A stretch of DNA of 64,000 nucleotides from positions 189,162,001 to 189,226,000 of the forward strand of contig NC_042997.1 in the NCBI RefSeq assembly GCF_006345805.1, in the 5' to 3' direction. Each line of letters begins with the position of its first letter. The first letter of the stretch is position 1. The notes below the pieces were generated by a model. It did not search any database. It was not told the DNA's origin and worked only from the letters and a program-made list of their open reading frames with translations. This stretch comes from Octopus sinensis (lineage: Eukaryota). This document shows positions 40,222 to 53,458 of this stretch, in pieces. A program made the position numbers and the translations under genes.

Positions 40222-40912
40222 TATGAATACAGGCCGGATGAATACAGGTTAGTCACTGGCATTCAAATAATGCATTCATATGCGTATTAAATATGTGTGC
40301 ATGGTTAGCAGCAAGTTCTACCCTACTGGTTTGGAATGACTGGAGCAGACCAGTAAGAGCAAGTAGTGCATCTTGCAACAATATCGTAAAACATCTGATG
40401 TGGCATTTTATGGCCTCCATGCCATAAAGTTAGATGGCATCGTGAGATTCGGTGAGTCCTTCAGCCATTTTGGCAAACTCCTGTATTCTCATACAGGCTC
40501 AGTTGTCTTGATTTACCTTACCACAAGGCTTATTGTACAAAAACTGGTGAGTGAGTCTGACGTGTTAGCAGCTCTTTCTCACGTACAAATAACCTTGCGC
40601 TAATCTGGCTTTTGTGTCTTCTGTGTAAGACGACGAGGCACTGATTGATAGACGTGTAGCAAAGACTGAAATAATCTTGTTTTGGAGGTTGGGGTATTCC
40701 GCACATCTGCGGAAACGACACACCAGTAGTGCCTTAGTTTCATGGACAATGAAAATATTGTATACGTGGGAAAAGTCATAGCTCTCTCTCTCTCTACGAA
40801 GACATTCAAAGTTTTTATTGATTACTCATAACTGAAGATTCTTAGAGTCACAAATGAGGATCGGATCTTTCATTATTGTGGTCGGGATATCACACATTTA
40901 CGACAGACGAAA

Positions 40913-41153
40913 TACCTATTTCTTTACTACCCACAAGGGGCTAAACACAGAGAGGACCATCAAGAAAAGACAAACGGACTAAGTCGATTATATCAACCCC
41001 AGTGCGTAACTGGTACTTATTTAATCGACCCCGAAAGGATGAAAGGCAAAGTTGACCTCGGCAGAATTTGAACTCAGAACGTAGCGGCAGGCAGTCGAAA
41101 TACTGCTAAGCATTTCGCCCGGCGTGCTAACGATTCTGCCAGCTCGCGGCCTT
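40913..41153 (-). mobile_element. SINE family B
   Basis: Family consensus match. Confidence 0.85.
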
Positions 41154-41399
41154 CTAATGAAATACCGCTACTTCTGTAGCTTCAAACGTAGCGGAGGTAT
41201 AGTGTAAACGGGAGCAGTTGTATTTCTCCGCTGCGCATCCTCGAAGCGCTCCTGGTAAAATGTTATGTTGTCGAAGTCCTTGTCTTCATTGATTACCAAA
41301 TGGACGAACTTGTTAATTTGGGCTATCGTACTTTTTTTTGCATTATTCCTTTGTCTCAATTTCGTTTACTTCTCTAATTATTTATAAAATTGATTAATT

Positions 41400-41603
41400 A
41401 CTCTTACTCTTATACTTGTTTCAGTCATTTCACTGCGGCCATGCTGGAGCACCGCCTTTAGTCGATCAAATCGACCCCGGGACTTATTCTTTGTAAGCCC
41501 AGTACTTATTCTATCGGTCTCTTTTGCCGAACCGCTAAGTGACGGGGACGTAAACACACCAGCATCGGTTGTCAGTAATGCTAGGGGGACAAACACAGAC
41601 ACA

Positions 41604-41650
<47 letters not shown>

Positions 41651-41810
41651 GACAGGCTTCTTTCAGTTTCCGTCTACCAAATCCACTCACAAGGCATTGG
41701 TCGGTCAGGGGCTATAGCAGAAGACACTTGCCCAAGATGCCACACAGTGGGACTGAACCCGCAACCATGTGGTTGGTTAGCAAGCTACTTACCACACAGC
41801 CACTCCTGTG
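41400..41810 (-). mobile_element. SINE family A, full length
   Basis: Family consensus match with internal (CA)n. Confidence 0.88.
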
Positions 41811-42027
41811 CCTCAATAATTAATATATTTTCTGCACCTGGTAGGTCATTGTCAAATTTGACGAACGACCTGTCATATCATATATGTATGTATATATATA
41901 TACAAAATTTAGAGGACTGACCACTAAAAGTGGACAGCCTATATGCTAGATATAGAGGTCAAATCGCTATTTTCTATTGTATGTGTATACACATCCACAT
42001 ATATATATATATATAAATATGTATATA

Positions 42028-42090
<63 letters not shown>

Positions 42091-42125
42091 ATATATATTA
42101 TATTATATATATAATACATACATAC

Positions 42126-42159
<34 letters not shown>

Positions 42160-42174
42160 GATATATATATATAT

Positions 42175-42223
<49 letters not shown>

Positions 42224-42703
42224 CATACATAAGTACATATATTAAGGACTTATGTTCGAGCACTAAACACTCTTACTCACTCCTCGATATCAGTGTGTCT
42301 ACATTAGTATGTATGTGTTTTCGCACACGCGTGCATAGAGAGAAGGAGAGAGAGGGAGAGAGAGGGAGAAAGGGACAGAGAGAGAGAAAGAGTGAGAGAG
42401 AGATGTTCACTTATAGGTGAGAAATGTACCGTGGTCTGATATATTTAATGCTGACATACAATCACCTGAATTTAACATGCTTTGAGTCATTGAGTCAAGG
42501 TTGTTATCAATTATACAGGTAAAAACAGACACTGACCGAAGTAAAAATAGACTATCTCCTTCCCACTCACTCAAACACATGCACATGCGCCTTATACAAC
42601 CTCTTCATACATGCGCTCATATATATAAATGCACACATATATTTATGTCTTTGTGGTGTGTATGTATGTATATTTGTGTGTGTGTATGTGTTTGAGTGTG
42701 TTT

Positions 42704-42740
<37 letters not shown>

Positions 42741-42919
42741 GTATGTGTGTGTGTGTGTGTTTTGTATGTGTGTATTAGAGTGTGTTAAAGCGTGCTATAA
42801 ACAGAAATGGTTTCTAAATGTGACAGAAAATTCTTTCTGATCTTATAATGATTTGAAATTTGGAAGTCATTATTTAATTAGTGGGTTTGTAACGGTAAAT
42901 CCAATACGTAAGGGTGGGA

Positions 42920-42997
<78 letters not shown>

Positions 42998-43142
42998 ATA
43001 CAAATGGCAACTACAACAACAACACAACCACAACAACATTAACAAACAGGCAAGAAGTAACTGTAAAGCAGTAAAATGGTGTTAACGTATTAACAGAAGA
43101 TAAAATTTCAATTGCACGGTTCAGCCAACTATTTGTGCGTGG

Positions 43143-43174
<32 letters not shown>

Positions 43175-43429
43175 GAGGGAGAAGGAGAGAGAGAGAGAGA
43201 GAGAAAGAGAAACCCTACAATTATGGAACAAATTTAGAAGCTAAGGAACGAGAAGATTAACGATTTCAAAGCCACACTAGATTACTCCATATATCCTATT
43301 CTCATATTCTCTATTCTTTGTTTTGTGTTTTTATCTTCAATCTCTCTTTAGTCCTTCACCTTTTACCCATTCTCGTTCGATATTAAATAAGGCATATTGA
43401 AACTGAGTTCGAATTCCAATCCCGAAGTA

Positions 43430-43845
43430 GGCGCAGGAGTGGCTGTGTGGTAAGTAGCTTGCTTACCAACCACTTGGTTCTGGGTTCAGTCCCACAGCGT
43501 GGCACCTTGGGCAAGTGTCATCTACTATAGCCTCGGGCCGACCAAAGCCTTGTGAGTGGGTTTGGTAGACGGAAACTGAAAGAAGCCAGTCGTATATATG
43601 TATATATATATATGTATGTATGTGTGTGTATATGTTTGTATGTCTGTGTTTGTCCCCCCAACATCGCTTGACAACCGATGCTGGTGTGTTTACGTCCCCA
43701 TAACTTAGCGGTTCGACAAAAGGTACCGATAGAATAAGTACTAGGCTTCCAAAGAATAAGTCCCGGAGTCGATTTGCTCGACTAAAGGCGGTGCTCCAGC
43801 ATAGCCGCAGTCAAATGACTGAAACAAGTAAAAGAGTAAGAGTAT
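43430..43845 (+). mobile_element. SINE family A, full length
   Basis: Family consensus match. Confidence 0.88.
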
Positions 43846-43893
43846 TGCCTTTCGTCCTTTCGGTTGTCGATAAAATAAAGTGCTAGACAAGTA

Positions 43894-44194
43894 CAGTGGA
43901 ACCTCGGTTAACGACCACGTCTCATCACGAACAAATCGGTTTACGAATAATTTTTCGAACATAAAACGTCTCGGGTAACGAACACGCAAGCCAGCAATAA
44001 CAGTTGGCGACAAGCTGGAGTATCAGAAAGGAGAGCATCAGTGGCTGTCTAGCTTTAGCCCAGTGCACATCCTTGCTTGAATCCACTGTGTTTTCTCTTG
44101 AATTTCCTATAGGAAAAACAGTTTCGGTTTACGAACATATGATGTTGCAAACGGCCTTCGGGAATGAATTAAAATCATCAATGGATTTCCAATG
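43894..44194 (+). mobile_element. Tigger/pogo-like MITE, second copy
   Basis: TA-CAGTGGAACCTCGGTTAACGA start; degenerate right TIR ..GGATTTCCAATG-TA; internal similarity to 36579-36860. Confidence 0.72.
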
Positions 44195-45362
44195 TATTAT
44201 GGTCGATTTAACTGACTGTGTCCTTTCACCCGGATACTGAGACTGTTAGAAATTAATATTATATTTTCTGTGTTGTTTATGGTTTGAAAAATCCATTAAT
44301 AGGTGTCCTTGCTTATATAAAAAGAAATCTATGAAAAATATGTTTAAGACCAAGAAAGCTAACGTCAGAAGACTTTAGCAATATCTATCGAGCCAACTAT
44401 TGTTAGTTGTAGGAAGATTCTTATTTCATTGTTGTAGGTAATCTGAAAATGTTTGTATGCCATTCTATTTGTACCAATTAAGGATGATGTGATGAATATC
44501 ACATTACTTATTTGCCGTATTGTCTTTAATTCCACTGCTAGGTCTGTGTAATTTCTTACCCTTTCATCAAGTTTCTAGTCATTTGATAACAATAAAAATT
44601 ACTATATAGGCGCTAAATTCAATGGAATGACAGTCGGCTTGCAACGTCAATATGTTACATTATGGCTTTTTACGCTTTTAGTTAAAATCCCAGTAGGATC
44701 AACTTCGCCTTTTATCCTTTCTGATCAGTTAAAATAAAGAGGTCGTCTATTTGAGAGTTTTCTTCGCTGGAATATATTACTTTGTTCCCTTGTTACAAAT
44801 CTACCTCTTCTTTTTCTTTATTCTTCACATGTCATTGTGGGAAGAATTACGAATTTATAGAGATAGTTACGCCGCCTTCCTTTTGGTAACGAAAGGAGGA
44901 CTATGTTTCTCGCTGAAGTGAAAGAGGGGTGAAACGCTTGTGACCCTGAGATATCTTCCGAAGGGTTTCCAACATTGTGATGAACTAAGAAGAAAAGTTG
45001 CAAAACTTCTAAGTAGCCCCTGCAGTTTCCGTGTGGGGCAAATTGTCTTCGATGCTCCTTTTACTTGATAGATAAGATTCAGGGGCTGTGGATAAGTCAT
45101 TCACTGTCAGACTAAACCTCTATCGGTTTTTATCAAGTAAAGTGGATATCAAACATTTCTAGAAGATCGTTGAGAGCCAGAAGTATGGGCTGGATGAATG
45201 GGTCTCTCCTAGCACGAAGCTGTAGACCGGAGATCACAACTATGAGCCGTTTATTGCTCATGGAGGTCAGTGTAATCTCGCACCTCTAAGGATTCCCTGA
45301 TTTATCGTAGGTGTCTATTCTCTCACTGGAACAATTTCATTTGTTATCTATACTGTTGTCTT

Positions 45363-45547
45363 CACGCCTGTTATTCATATTCGTCTGTCAAACCTATCAT
45401 ATAACGATTAGTTTTCCTTGACATAACCACATCATTCACCGCCTTTTTTTGCAAAGAAATCCCTCTCTTCTTCCTCCATCTCCTCTTCTTCTTCTTCTTC
45501 TTCTTCTTCTTCTTCTTCTTCTTCTTCCTTCTTCTTCTTCTTCTTCT

Positions 45548-45578
<31 letters not shown>

Positions 45579-45820
45579 TGATACCTGGCCACAACTAGTT
45601 TCCTTAGATAACGGCGCCCTCACGCCTGTTATTCATTTTCGCCTGTTAAAACCTGTCATATAACGATTATTTTTCCTTGACATAACCACATCATTCATCG
45701 CCTTTCTTACAAAGAAATCCTCCTCCTCTTCCTCCACCTCCTCCTCCTCTTCTTCTTTATCATCATCATCATCATCCTTGATACCTAGCCACAATTAGTT
45801 TCCTTAGATATCGGCGCCCT
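45363..45820. repeat. Head-to-tail tandem duplication (45363-45620 and 45621-45820) containing (TCT)n/(CAT)n tracts
   Basis: Both units begin CACGCCTGTTATTCAT and end CCTTAGATA.CGGCGCCCT. Confidence 0.9.
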
Positions 45821-45977
45821 TTCGAACAGGTTTCTGTATTAATGCAATTTTCGTAGTCACACCCATCTCGCTAAAGAAACTACCAAGACTCATGGCAACG
45901 GTACCAAAGGCGCTCATAACTCCTGGAATAGCTTTTGTAGAAATCCTCTACCGTCTTCGCATTTTCCTTGTTAAATG

Positions 45978-45979
<2 letters not shown>

Positions 45980-46011
<32 letters not shown>

Positions 46012-46025
46012 GTATTATTATTATT

Positions 46026-46063
<38 letters not shown>

Positions 46064-46112
46064 TATTATTATTATTATTATTATTATATTATTATTATTA
46101 TCATCATCATCA

Positions 46113-46178
<66 letters not shown>

Positions 46179-46228
46179 ATTATTATTATTATTATTATTA
46201 TATTATTATTATATTATCATCATCATCA

Positions 46229-46278
<50 letters not shown>

Positions 46279-46333
46279 TCATTATTATTATTCATTATTA
46301 TTATTATTATTATTATCATCATTCATCATCATC

Positions 46334-46377
<44 letters not shown>

Positions 46378-46411
46378 TCATTATTATTATTATTATTTAT
46401 TATATTATTAT
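45980..46411. repeat. Compound (TAT)n/(CAT)n microsatellite
   Basis: Alternating trinucleotide blocks. Confidence 0.95.
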
Positions 46412-47150
46412 TTCTTCGATAGTTTCATGCGGGTTTCTACCGCACCACCCGTTGCACCTCTGTGTTCCTGAAGCGCGAGCAGCATTGGGAGCTCTTATTT
46501 TCGCGGGTGGTGGGTAGTTTGGAGGTGTACAGACTCCTCCTGTTAGTGTACTGTATCAGTTTGTTTTGTTATGAGGTTTAGCTTGTTGATTCTTGTGTTA
46601 TATTAGTGTTTGTTTCGTTGTATTTAATGTGTGTGTAATGTGAGTTGTGTTATTTCATTGGAAATTAATCTTGTAGAGTAAGTGTTACATGCGTTGTGTT
46701 GCTTTTTTTATTATGTGCCTATTGTATAAGGTGTGTGTATTGTGTGTCAAAAATTGTTTTTTTTGATCTGGGCCATTGGATCAATAATAATTTGTACAGA
46801 GTGTAAGTCGTTTCCAGCAGAGCTATTTTTGGAGGAGTGTCCTAATATGGCGTCTATGTTTTAGGTAATATTTCTTATATCATACCTAATGCTTCAGTTA
46901 TTAGTAATAAGGCCTTCACCTTCATACTACAATTCTCGAATATTTCGATTTCATGATCCTTGTAATTTGATAGTTTTTCCATTATTTTTAGGGCAATATT
47001 TTGGTCAGAGGGGACTGCGATATCTAGCAGTGTGCACGTGTCTTTTTCCCATTCTTTGTTTATTATGCCTAAATAACTTGCCTTGACCCCTTTTGCAGTT
47101 TTAACGGGTATATCCCAGTTGATTGTGGGCAGGATGATTATCATGTGCTG
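46412..47150 (-). mobile_element. Dong/R4-clade (RLE) retrotransposon remnant with long 3' UTR ending in (TAA)n
   Basis: Minus strand reads INWDIPVKT..TCTLLDIAVPSDQNIALKIMEKLSNYKDHEIEI..ALGMI..KIALLETTYTL, a PD-(D/E)xK restriction-like endonuclease C-terminus. Confidence 0.78.
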
Positions 47151-47220
47151 TATTTAGCTTTTAGTCCCAAGAAAAAATTTTCTAGAGCTAGTTACTTTGC
47201 TTATATATATATATATATAT

Positions 47221-47334
47221 GGCCTGCTCGCTTAGCCAGCGGAGTGGCGTCATTCCAAGGCTAAAACAATGCGAACGCATTGTGACCAGCGATGTGTAAC
47301 AACATCTGATGGTCTGGTCGGTCACGTGATCACG

Positions 47335-47340
<6 letters not shown>
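47221..47340 (+). repeat. Short GC-richer module embedded in (TA)n, ending CACGTGATCACGTGAT
   Basis: Discrete 120-bp unit with (TA)n on both sides; class not determinable from the sequence. Confidence 0.5.
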
Positions 47341-47365
<25 letters not shown>

Positions 47366-47447
47366 GAATAAAACTTTATATATAAAGAACGTGAAATTCA
47401 CGAATTGACGAACACGGAAAACAGACAGTCATTCAGAGCCTTCATTC

Positions 47448-47508
<61 letters not shown>

Positions 47509-48060
47509 TGTGTGTATGTATCATATACGTACATAAATACATTCAAGGATACGTGTACATGAAACATCTTGTAAGTATATTTATATCGCTAAAACATCCC
47601 CTTTAACGCAATTTAACGTAAATATGAGAAAGTGCATTTTCTACAGCTTATTAGATAGATGACTATATAAAATTATTACAAGTCTATGAAAATTAAGAGG
47701 AAAATAGTCATTTGATAAAGAATCAATTGTGTGTGTGTATAATGCGATTTGACTTCTATTACTCTGAACTATATTTTAAAGCGGTTTTTCCACATATCTC
47801 ACAGGCAACATCATTTTTATTTCGAAGTCGTTTTTGTTGTCATTGTTATTCGTTTTCTTGTCGATTATACATGCTTGTCTCTTTCTCTTTTGTGTCTGTC
47901 ATAATCAGTCGGAAAGTTATTCTCTCGCCTACGATAATTACCGTTTTTAATGCACTAAACAATCCTACTTAGTAGTTAGGTGGCGCTGTCTGACATTGCT
48001 TACAGTCTGCCCTCATCGTAAGGAGTCAAACGAATTCATTTAAGAAGTCTAACCTTTGCG

Positions 48061-48113
<53 letters not shown>

Positions 48114-48126
48114 CATTATTATTATA

Positions 48127-48163
<37 letters not shown>

Positions 48164-48166
<3 letters not shown>

Positions 48167-48331
48167 TAGTTTTATTTTTATAGCGTGCTTTCACTTCACT
48201 ACCGAGCGCAGCTCTGTGTGCCTTGGGTATGTGCTGTGATTTGTTGTGATGCTCTGATGGTTATTGTATGGAAAGTGTTCTGCGTAGGATGTGTGCAATG
48301 CCTAGTAGTGCAATTTTCTGTATGTTATATG

Positions 48332-48333
<2 letters not shown>
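48164..48333 (-). mobile_element. Dong/R4-clade extreme 3' fragment inside (TAA)n
   Basis: Minus strand reads YNIQKIALLGIAHILRRTLSIQ* plus a short 3' UTR; (TAT)n on both sides. Confidence 0.82.
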
Positions 48334-48388
<55 letters not shown>

Positions 48389-48395
48389 CATCATT

Positions 48396-48442
<47 letters not shown>

Positions 48443-48450
48443 TATTATCA

Positions 48451-48666
48451 AGGCAGCGAATTGACAGAATCGTTAGCATGCCGGATTAAATGCTTATCAG
48501 CATTTCGTCCATCTCTACGTTCTGAGTTCGAATTCCGCCGAGTTCGACTTTGCGTTTTATCTTTTCGGCGTCAATAAAATAAGTACCAGTCATGTACTGG
48601 GGTTGATGAAATCGGCGTGACGGCTTCCCTGAAAATTTTCAGGATTTGTGCCTATAGTAGAATGGA

Positions 48667-48670
<4 letters not shown>
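48451..48670 (+). mobile_element. SINE family B, alternative tail
   Basis: Family core with a CAGGATTTGTGCCTATAGTAGAA tail followed by (TAT)n. Confidence 0.8.
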
Positions 48671-48723
<53 letters not shown>

Positions 48724-48725
<2 letters not shown>

Positions 48726-49230
48726 TATTCTGCACAATATCTGCAACATAAAATGGCAAGGTAAGATATCAAATTCCAAAATCTTAGCAAAATGTTATAT
48801 ATCCAGTATCCAAAACATGCTGATGAGAATTCAGTGCGGATTGGTAGGACATGTTGTTGGAATGAAAAATGACTGCATTCCAAAAGTTTCTTTTTTTTTT
48901 GTATGCCCAACAAGTGGAGGGATATTGCAATAATGGAAAAGCTGTCCTTACGTGTAAGGATTAAGCTGAAGCTATCAGCTAATATCTCTACAGCTTAACT
49001 TGATATCTTGGGAAAACCATTGCCTAGATCAATCTGCATGGCGTAAAATGTGTCAAGACGCATCCAAACAATTTGAGTGGAAAAACAGAACAATTAAAGA
49101 ATTATATCCTGCAGACAACAGACACATTTGCCCAATTCCAGACAAAATCAAAACCATGTTTCCCTATTGTGACTTCATAGCAAAATCCATACCTGGACTT
49201 AAATTACATTCACGCATCCATCGCAAATAA
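48724..49230 (+). mobile_element. Degenerate RTE/BovB-like LINE 3' remnant
   Basis: Frameshifted translation NICNIKWQGKISN..GHVVGMKNDCIPK..WENHCLDQSAWRKMC..CDFIAKSIPGLKLHSRIH matches the RTE ORF C-terminus and terminal zinc-finger-like motif. Confidence 0.7.
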
Positions 49231-49357
49231 ATGCAGCCTCTTTTCTTCTTTTCTTTTTAAAAGTTGTTTTCTGTTTCTGCCACTGTTTTAAAACTTTAAA
49301 AATCCTCTCCTTCAAACACTCATACGTCGAAACCGATGGGAGCAACCATCGTTATTA

Positions 49358-49922
49358 TTGGGTTGTCCGGAAAGTTCGTGCCGATTTTTAAAGGAAAGAA
49401 AAAAGTCAATAAATACTTGCCATTACATTTTTAATCAACCAAATATGAACCATTTTGTTGCACAATGCGTCTCCATCTTTCCTTTAACTTGAAAATACCC
49501 TCTTCCCAGAATTAAGGTGGTTCATGGCAAAGAATTCATCAAGGTATCTTTTTACGTCATCCAAAGAATTGGAATTTTTACCATTAAGACTATTCTGTAG
49601 AGACCTGAATAAGTGGAAATTCGAAGAGGCAATATCTGGTGAATATGGAGGGTGGGGTAACACATCCCAGCCAAGCTGCAGCAATTTTTGTCTGATTCCC
49701 AAAGCATCAAGTGCCGAAAATGAACTTTCTTATCTTCCATTTTAAAGGGTTACAGAATTAACACAGGTTATAGGAACATAAACCTTCTTCCACGAAAAGA
49801 TAGCTTAAACTGTGCTCTAAATGGAGGTGTAGTCAAATCCTATTTTATAGACTCAACCATGTTCTAAAATAAGTCGAATGGTAAGCTACTATAAATCGGT
49901 ACGAACTTTCCGGACAACCTAA
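49358..49922 (-). mobile_element. Mariner (mellifera-subfamily-like) internally deleted element, second copy
   Basis: TA-flanked TIRs TTGGGTTGTCCGGAAAGTTCGTGCCGATTT; same deletion junction as 8202-8761; encodes LGWDVLPHPPYSPDIA..LFRSLQNSLNGK. Confidence 0.92.
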
Positions 49923-50026
49923 TATTATATCTTGATAAAGCAGCGAGCTGGCAGAACCAATAAACATCAAACATTAATAATAACAAAGTTACTGAAACAT
50001 TTCTTTAACAATAATTAGTCCTATTA

Positions 50027-50245
50027 GGGCGGCGAGCTGGCAGAATCGTTAGCACGCCAGGCAAAATGTTACGCAGCATTTCATCCTTCTTTACGTTCTG
50101 AGTTCAAATCCTGCCGAGGTCCACTTTGCCTTTCATTCTTTCGGGGTCGATAAATTAAGTACCAGTGAAACACTGGGGCCGATGTAATCGACTTATCCCC
50201 TCCCCCAAATTTCAGGCCTTGTGCTTGTAATAGAAAGGATTATTA
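50027..50245 (+). mobile_element. SINE family B, alternative tail
   Basis: GGGCGGCGAGCTGGCAGAATCG..CCCCAAATTTCAGGCCTTGTGC. Confidence 0.85.
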
Positions 50246-50814
50246 TATCTTAATATTTTATATTTTGATACTTTTACTATGATGTTATTTACATGGTATT
50301 TTATTTTAATTTGTGTGTGTGTGTGTGTGCGTGCGTGCGTGTCCTTCTCTCTATCTCTTTCTATATTTTTCACAGGAGATCTAAAATATCTGCATCACTT
50401 TGCTAATATCAGGATTTCGTAAAGTATCGATGAAACTGTGCAAAGAATAGAAAAATAACCACATGTCCAAGAGAGTCTGATAAGACCAAGGATCTACAAA
50501 GTTCAGGGACCGAAAATGATTACATACTTAAACTTTAAATAATCACATGTAATCCGTGTATTCGTGATGAGGGAAACGCGTGGTGCCATGGAAACATGGA
50601 TAGACGAGATAGAAGAGAGTAATTCGCTAATTCAGCAACCAACCAACCAGCCAAAATATCTACGAAGTGAATCACTGAAACTACAGTAATCGCAAATTGC
50701 AAACCAAAACTTAGCACAAAGAACAGAAAAACGAAACATACAAATTTCCCATAATTGAAAGAAATATAGAACTGATAGCAATATCTAAAATCCGGTGGTA
50801 ACGTTGTTATTATT

Positions 50815-51060
50815 AACTGACCTGATATAATGATTTGGGATAGAGAAGAGAAACTGTGCACAGATGCGGAAATTAGCTGCCCAGCGGGTGTTAACATAAA
50901 GCTGAAGATCAGTGAAAAAGAGAATACCTATGCTGAACTATTGAGAAATCTGCAGTTACTCTATCCAGATAACAAGTTCAGGTATATACCTGTAATTACT
51001 GGGACCCTATCTGCTATGAAGCAGCAGCATTATAAGCCACTATTAATTACTTAATCTAAA
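50815..51060 (+). mobile_element. RLE-type non-LTR retrotransposon remnant
   Basis: PDIMIWDREEKLCTDAEISCP..KISEKENTYAELLRNLQLLYPDNKFRYIPVITG fits a PD..(D/E)..K restriction-like endonuclease pattern. Confidence 0.65.
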
Positions 51061-51239
51061 CGATAAAATAACGAAGGTCTAAAAATTGTCAATGAACTGA
51101 GGAACGTTGTTTTAAAACAAACAGCAAAGGCACAGTAAAGAAATACAAACACTCCTGAAAAACGATCGAACTTGGACTTGGTCCTATTTGTATTTTCAAT
51201 GACGCAGACACACATCACTGGTGCTTTTCTGGCTTTGAG

Positions 51240-51423
51240 AATGTGGCGAAGGGTCTGGATGGAGGCCCAGCTTTCCGTGTTCTTATACAGGGCTTAGAAA
51301 AACCGAAGGACCGCTGCAATGAGTGTGTAAATCTTAGAAGGGAATATATTGATTAAAATCATAACCGATCCTCCTGTATTCTCTCTTACCCAAAGCCGGA
51401 AACTTTTCAACACCCCTTCCGTG
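51240..51423 (+). mobile_element. Mariner (irritans-like) 3' end remnant
   Basis: ..QGLEKPKDRCNECVNLRREYID* resembles the mariner C-terminus, followed by a TIR-like AAGCCGGAAACTTTTCAACACCCC. Confidence 0.65.
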
Positions 51424-51444
51424 CATGTGCGCGTGTGTATATAA

Positions 51445-51477
<33 letters not shown>

Positions 51478-52408
51478 TGTATGTATGTATGTATGTATGT
51501 ATGTATGTATCGTGATTGTGTGCTTGTATACATGTATTATATCTATATGTATATATGCATATATATGTGTGTGTATGTGTGTGTGTGTATATATCCACAC
51601 ACACACACACACACACACACACCACACACACACACATACGCATATACACTTACATGTGTATCCATGTATGTATATGATGTTCCTCAAACTTCCACCGATT
51701 TAAACACTCTGTAATTGCACCACGGCTCCATATATGAAAACATACTGTCAAAAAGGTCATGCACCTCATAACAAACGACCAAAGATTATACTGACAAGAA
51801 GGTCATTCAATTTTGACAAATTATTCCGAAAAACTCTTCCCAGTTGCTTTTTTTGCTTATTTATTTATCTATCTACTTGTTTGTCTGTTTCAAGGGAAAG
51901 AGATTGTGATTTGTGTTTGGGTTGCTGCTGGTGTTTATTTGGGCTTCTAACGTACGGTGACATTACATTTTTTAAACAGTTCCCTTTTTGATGGGTTCGC
52001 CAAGGTAATAGGGTGCAGATTGAGACATATTTACATCATAAGAACAAGGAAACTGACAAGGATGTGGATGAGGAATTTCTATAGATTTTCCAATCCTTAT
52101 TTTCTCTTACTGTTTGCAAAAATATGTTGTCCAGTGATTCTAGTTTTCTTATATTCTTAAACTCGATACTATTTCTTATGCAAGACTTATAGACGTTGTA
52201 CTATGTTGAGTTATAACTTAAGTACGAAACAATAAATTGATCGACCTTAATACTTGATTGACATTTATTTTTATCCAACTATGAAAAACAAAGGGCAAAG
52301 TGGAATTTAGCGATGGACTCAGAACGTAATAGGATGTGGCTAAGATCAGTAAAGTGTTTTGTTAGACGATCTACGGATCATACCACTCCACCATTAATAT
52401 ATATCTTA

Positions 52409-52773
52409 CTAGCAGTATCGCCCGGCGTTGCTCGGGTTTCTAGGGGAAATAACTATATAAGCATTTTTAGAGAGTTATAGCCAAAAAATAGCAAAAAAAT
52501 GATGGTAAACTTTTTAAAAAATCGTTGACTCAGATTTAGAGTTACTTCCCATATATAATAGCGAAAAAAATGCATTAAAATGGAAAAAATAATGGTAATT
52601 TTTTTTTTAAATCGTAGACTCATCATAGACGCGCGCTAATACCCAGAAGGATTCGATATGAATCACGACTATAAGATACCCGGTTTTGGTTAAACTGCAC
52701 CGCAAAATGTGGGAGTAGTTAGGAATCTAAATCGTAGGAGACAGACACACAACTTCTCTTTTATATATAAAGA
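52409..52773 (-). mobile_element. Non-autonomous Helitron
   Basis: Minus strand has 5' A|TC, a subterminal hairpin CCCGAGCAACGCCGGG and 3' CTAG|T, i.e. insertion between A and T. Confidence 0.85.
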
Positions 52774-53296
52774 TATCAAGGAAGGTTTTTATAGTGAATT
52801 TAAGGGCTGGAAGTGATAAAATTAATTGTTCACTCATGTAATTACATATAAAAAGCAAACCCGGCCGTCATCCGTTAGTGAGTACGTCTTAGTAGCATGT
52901 GCCGAATCTTTTCGTGATCGTTTTAGATGCTATGTAGTCATGAGAAGACATAGACGTTGGCTAAGCCCTTCCGACCTTAACCCAACAGAGCATTCAGGAT
53001 GTGGCAACTGGAGGGAAGGAAGGTTTCACTACTACCCGGCTGATACCCTCTTTCAACCGAGTAGAATTAAAGCAACGTGTAAGGAAATGCTTTACTTAAA
53101 GGTCACACTCACCTCTTAGTTACTGAGATGCACCCACAACTTTATTATGCTCATAAGGCAAACACCGAAACCACTAAACTGAGATTATGTATTATAATAT
53201 AAATATTAAACGAATTTTGTTTCTTTTAGAAAATAATTTGGACAAACTATGGGAAAAGTATGTTTATGTAAATGACGAAATCGAATTTACATAATT

Positions 53297-53458
53297 CTGT
53301 GTGGTAAGTAGCTTGCTAACCAACCAAATGGTTCCGGGTTCAGTCCCACTGCGTGGCATCTTGGGCACGTGTCTTCTGCTATAGCCCCGGGCCGACCAAT
53401 GCCTTGTGAGTGGATTTGGTAGACGGAAACTGAAAGAAGCCTGTCGTATATATGTATA
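53297..53458 (+). mobile_element. SINE family A 5' half, fused to a Helitron fragment
   Basis: Family A head and CORE-like segment ending at TATATGTATAAA. Confidence 0.8.

Noticed and set aside
40373-40721. Either a plus-strand two-exon candidate (two GTGAGT donors, 45-nt intron) or a minus-strand Gypsy integrase zinc-finger remnant (..ESHDAI..DIVARCTTC)
   Set aside because: Both readings need several assumptions (a very short intron, or frameshifts and deletions); the evidence is too weak to call either.
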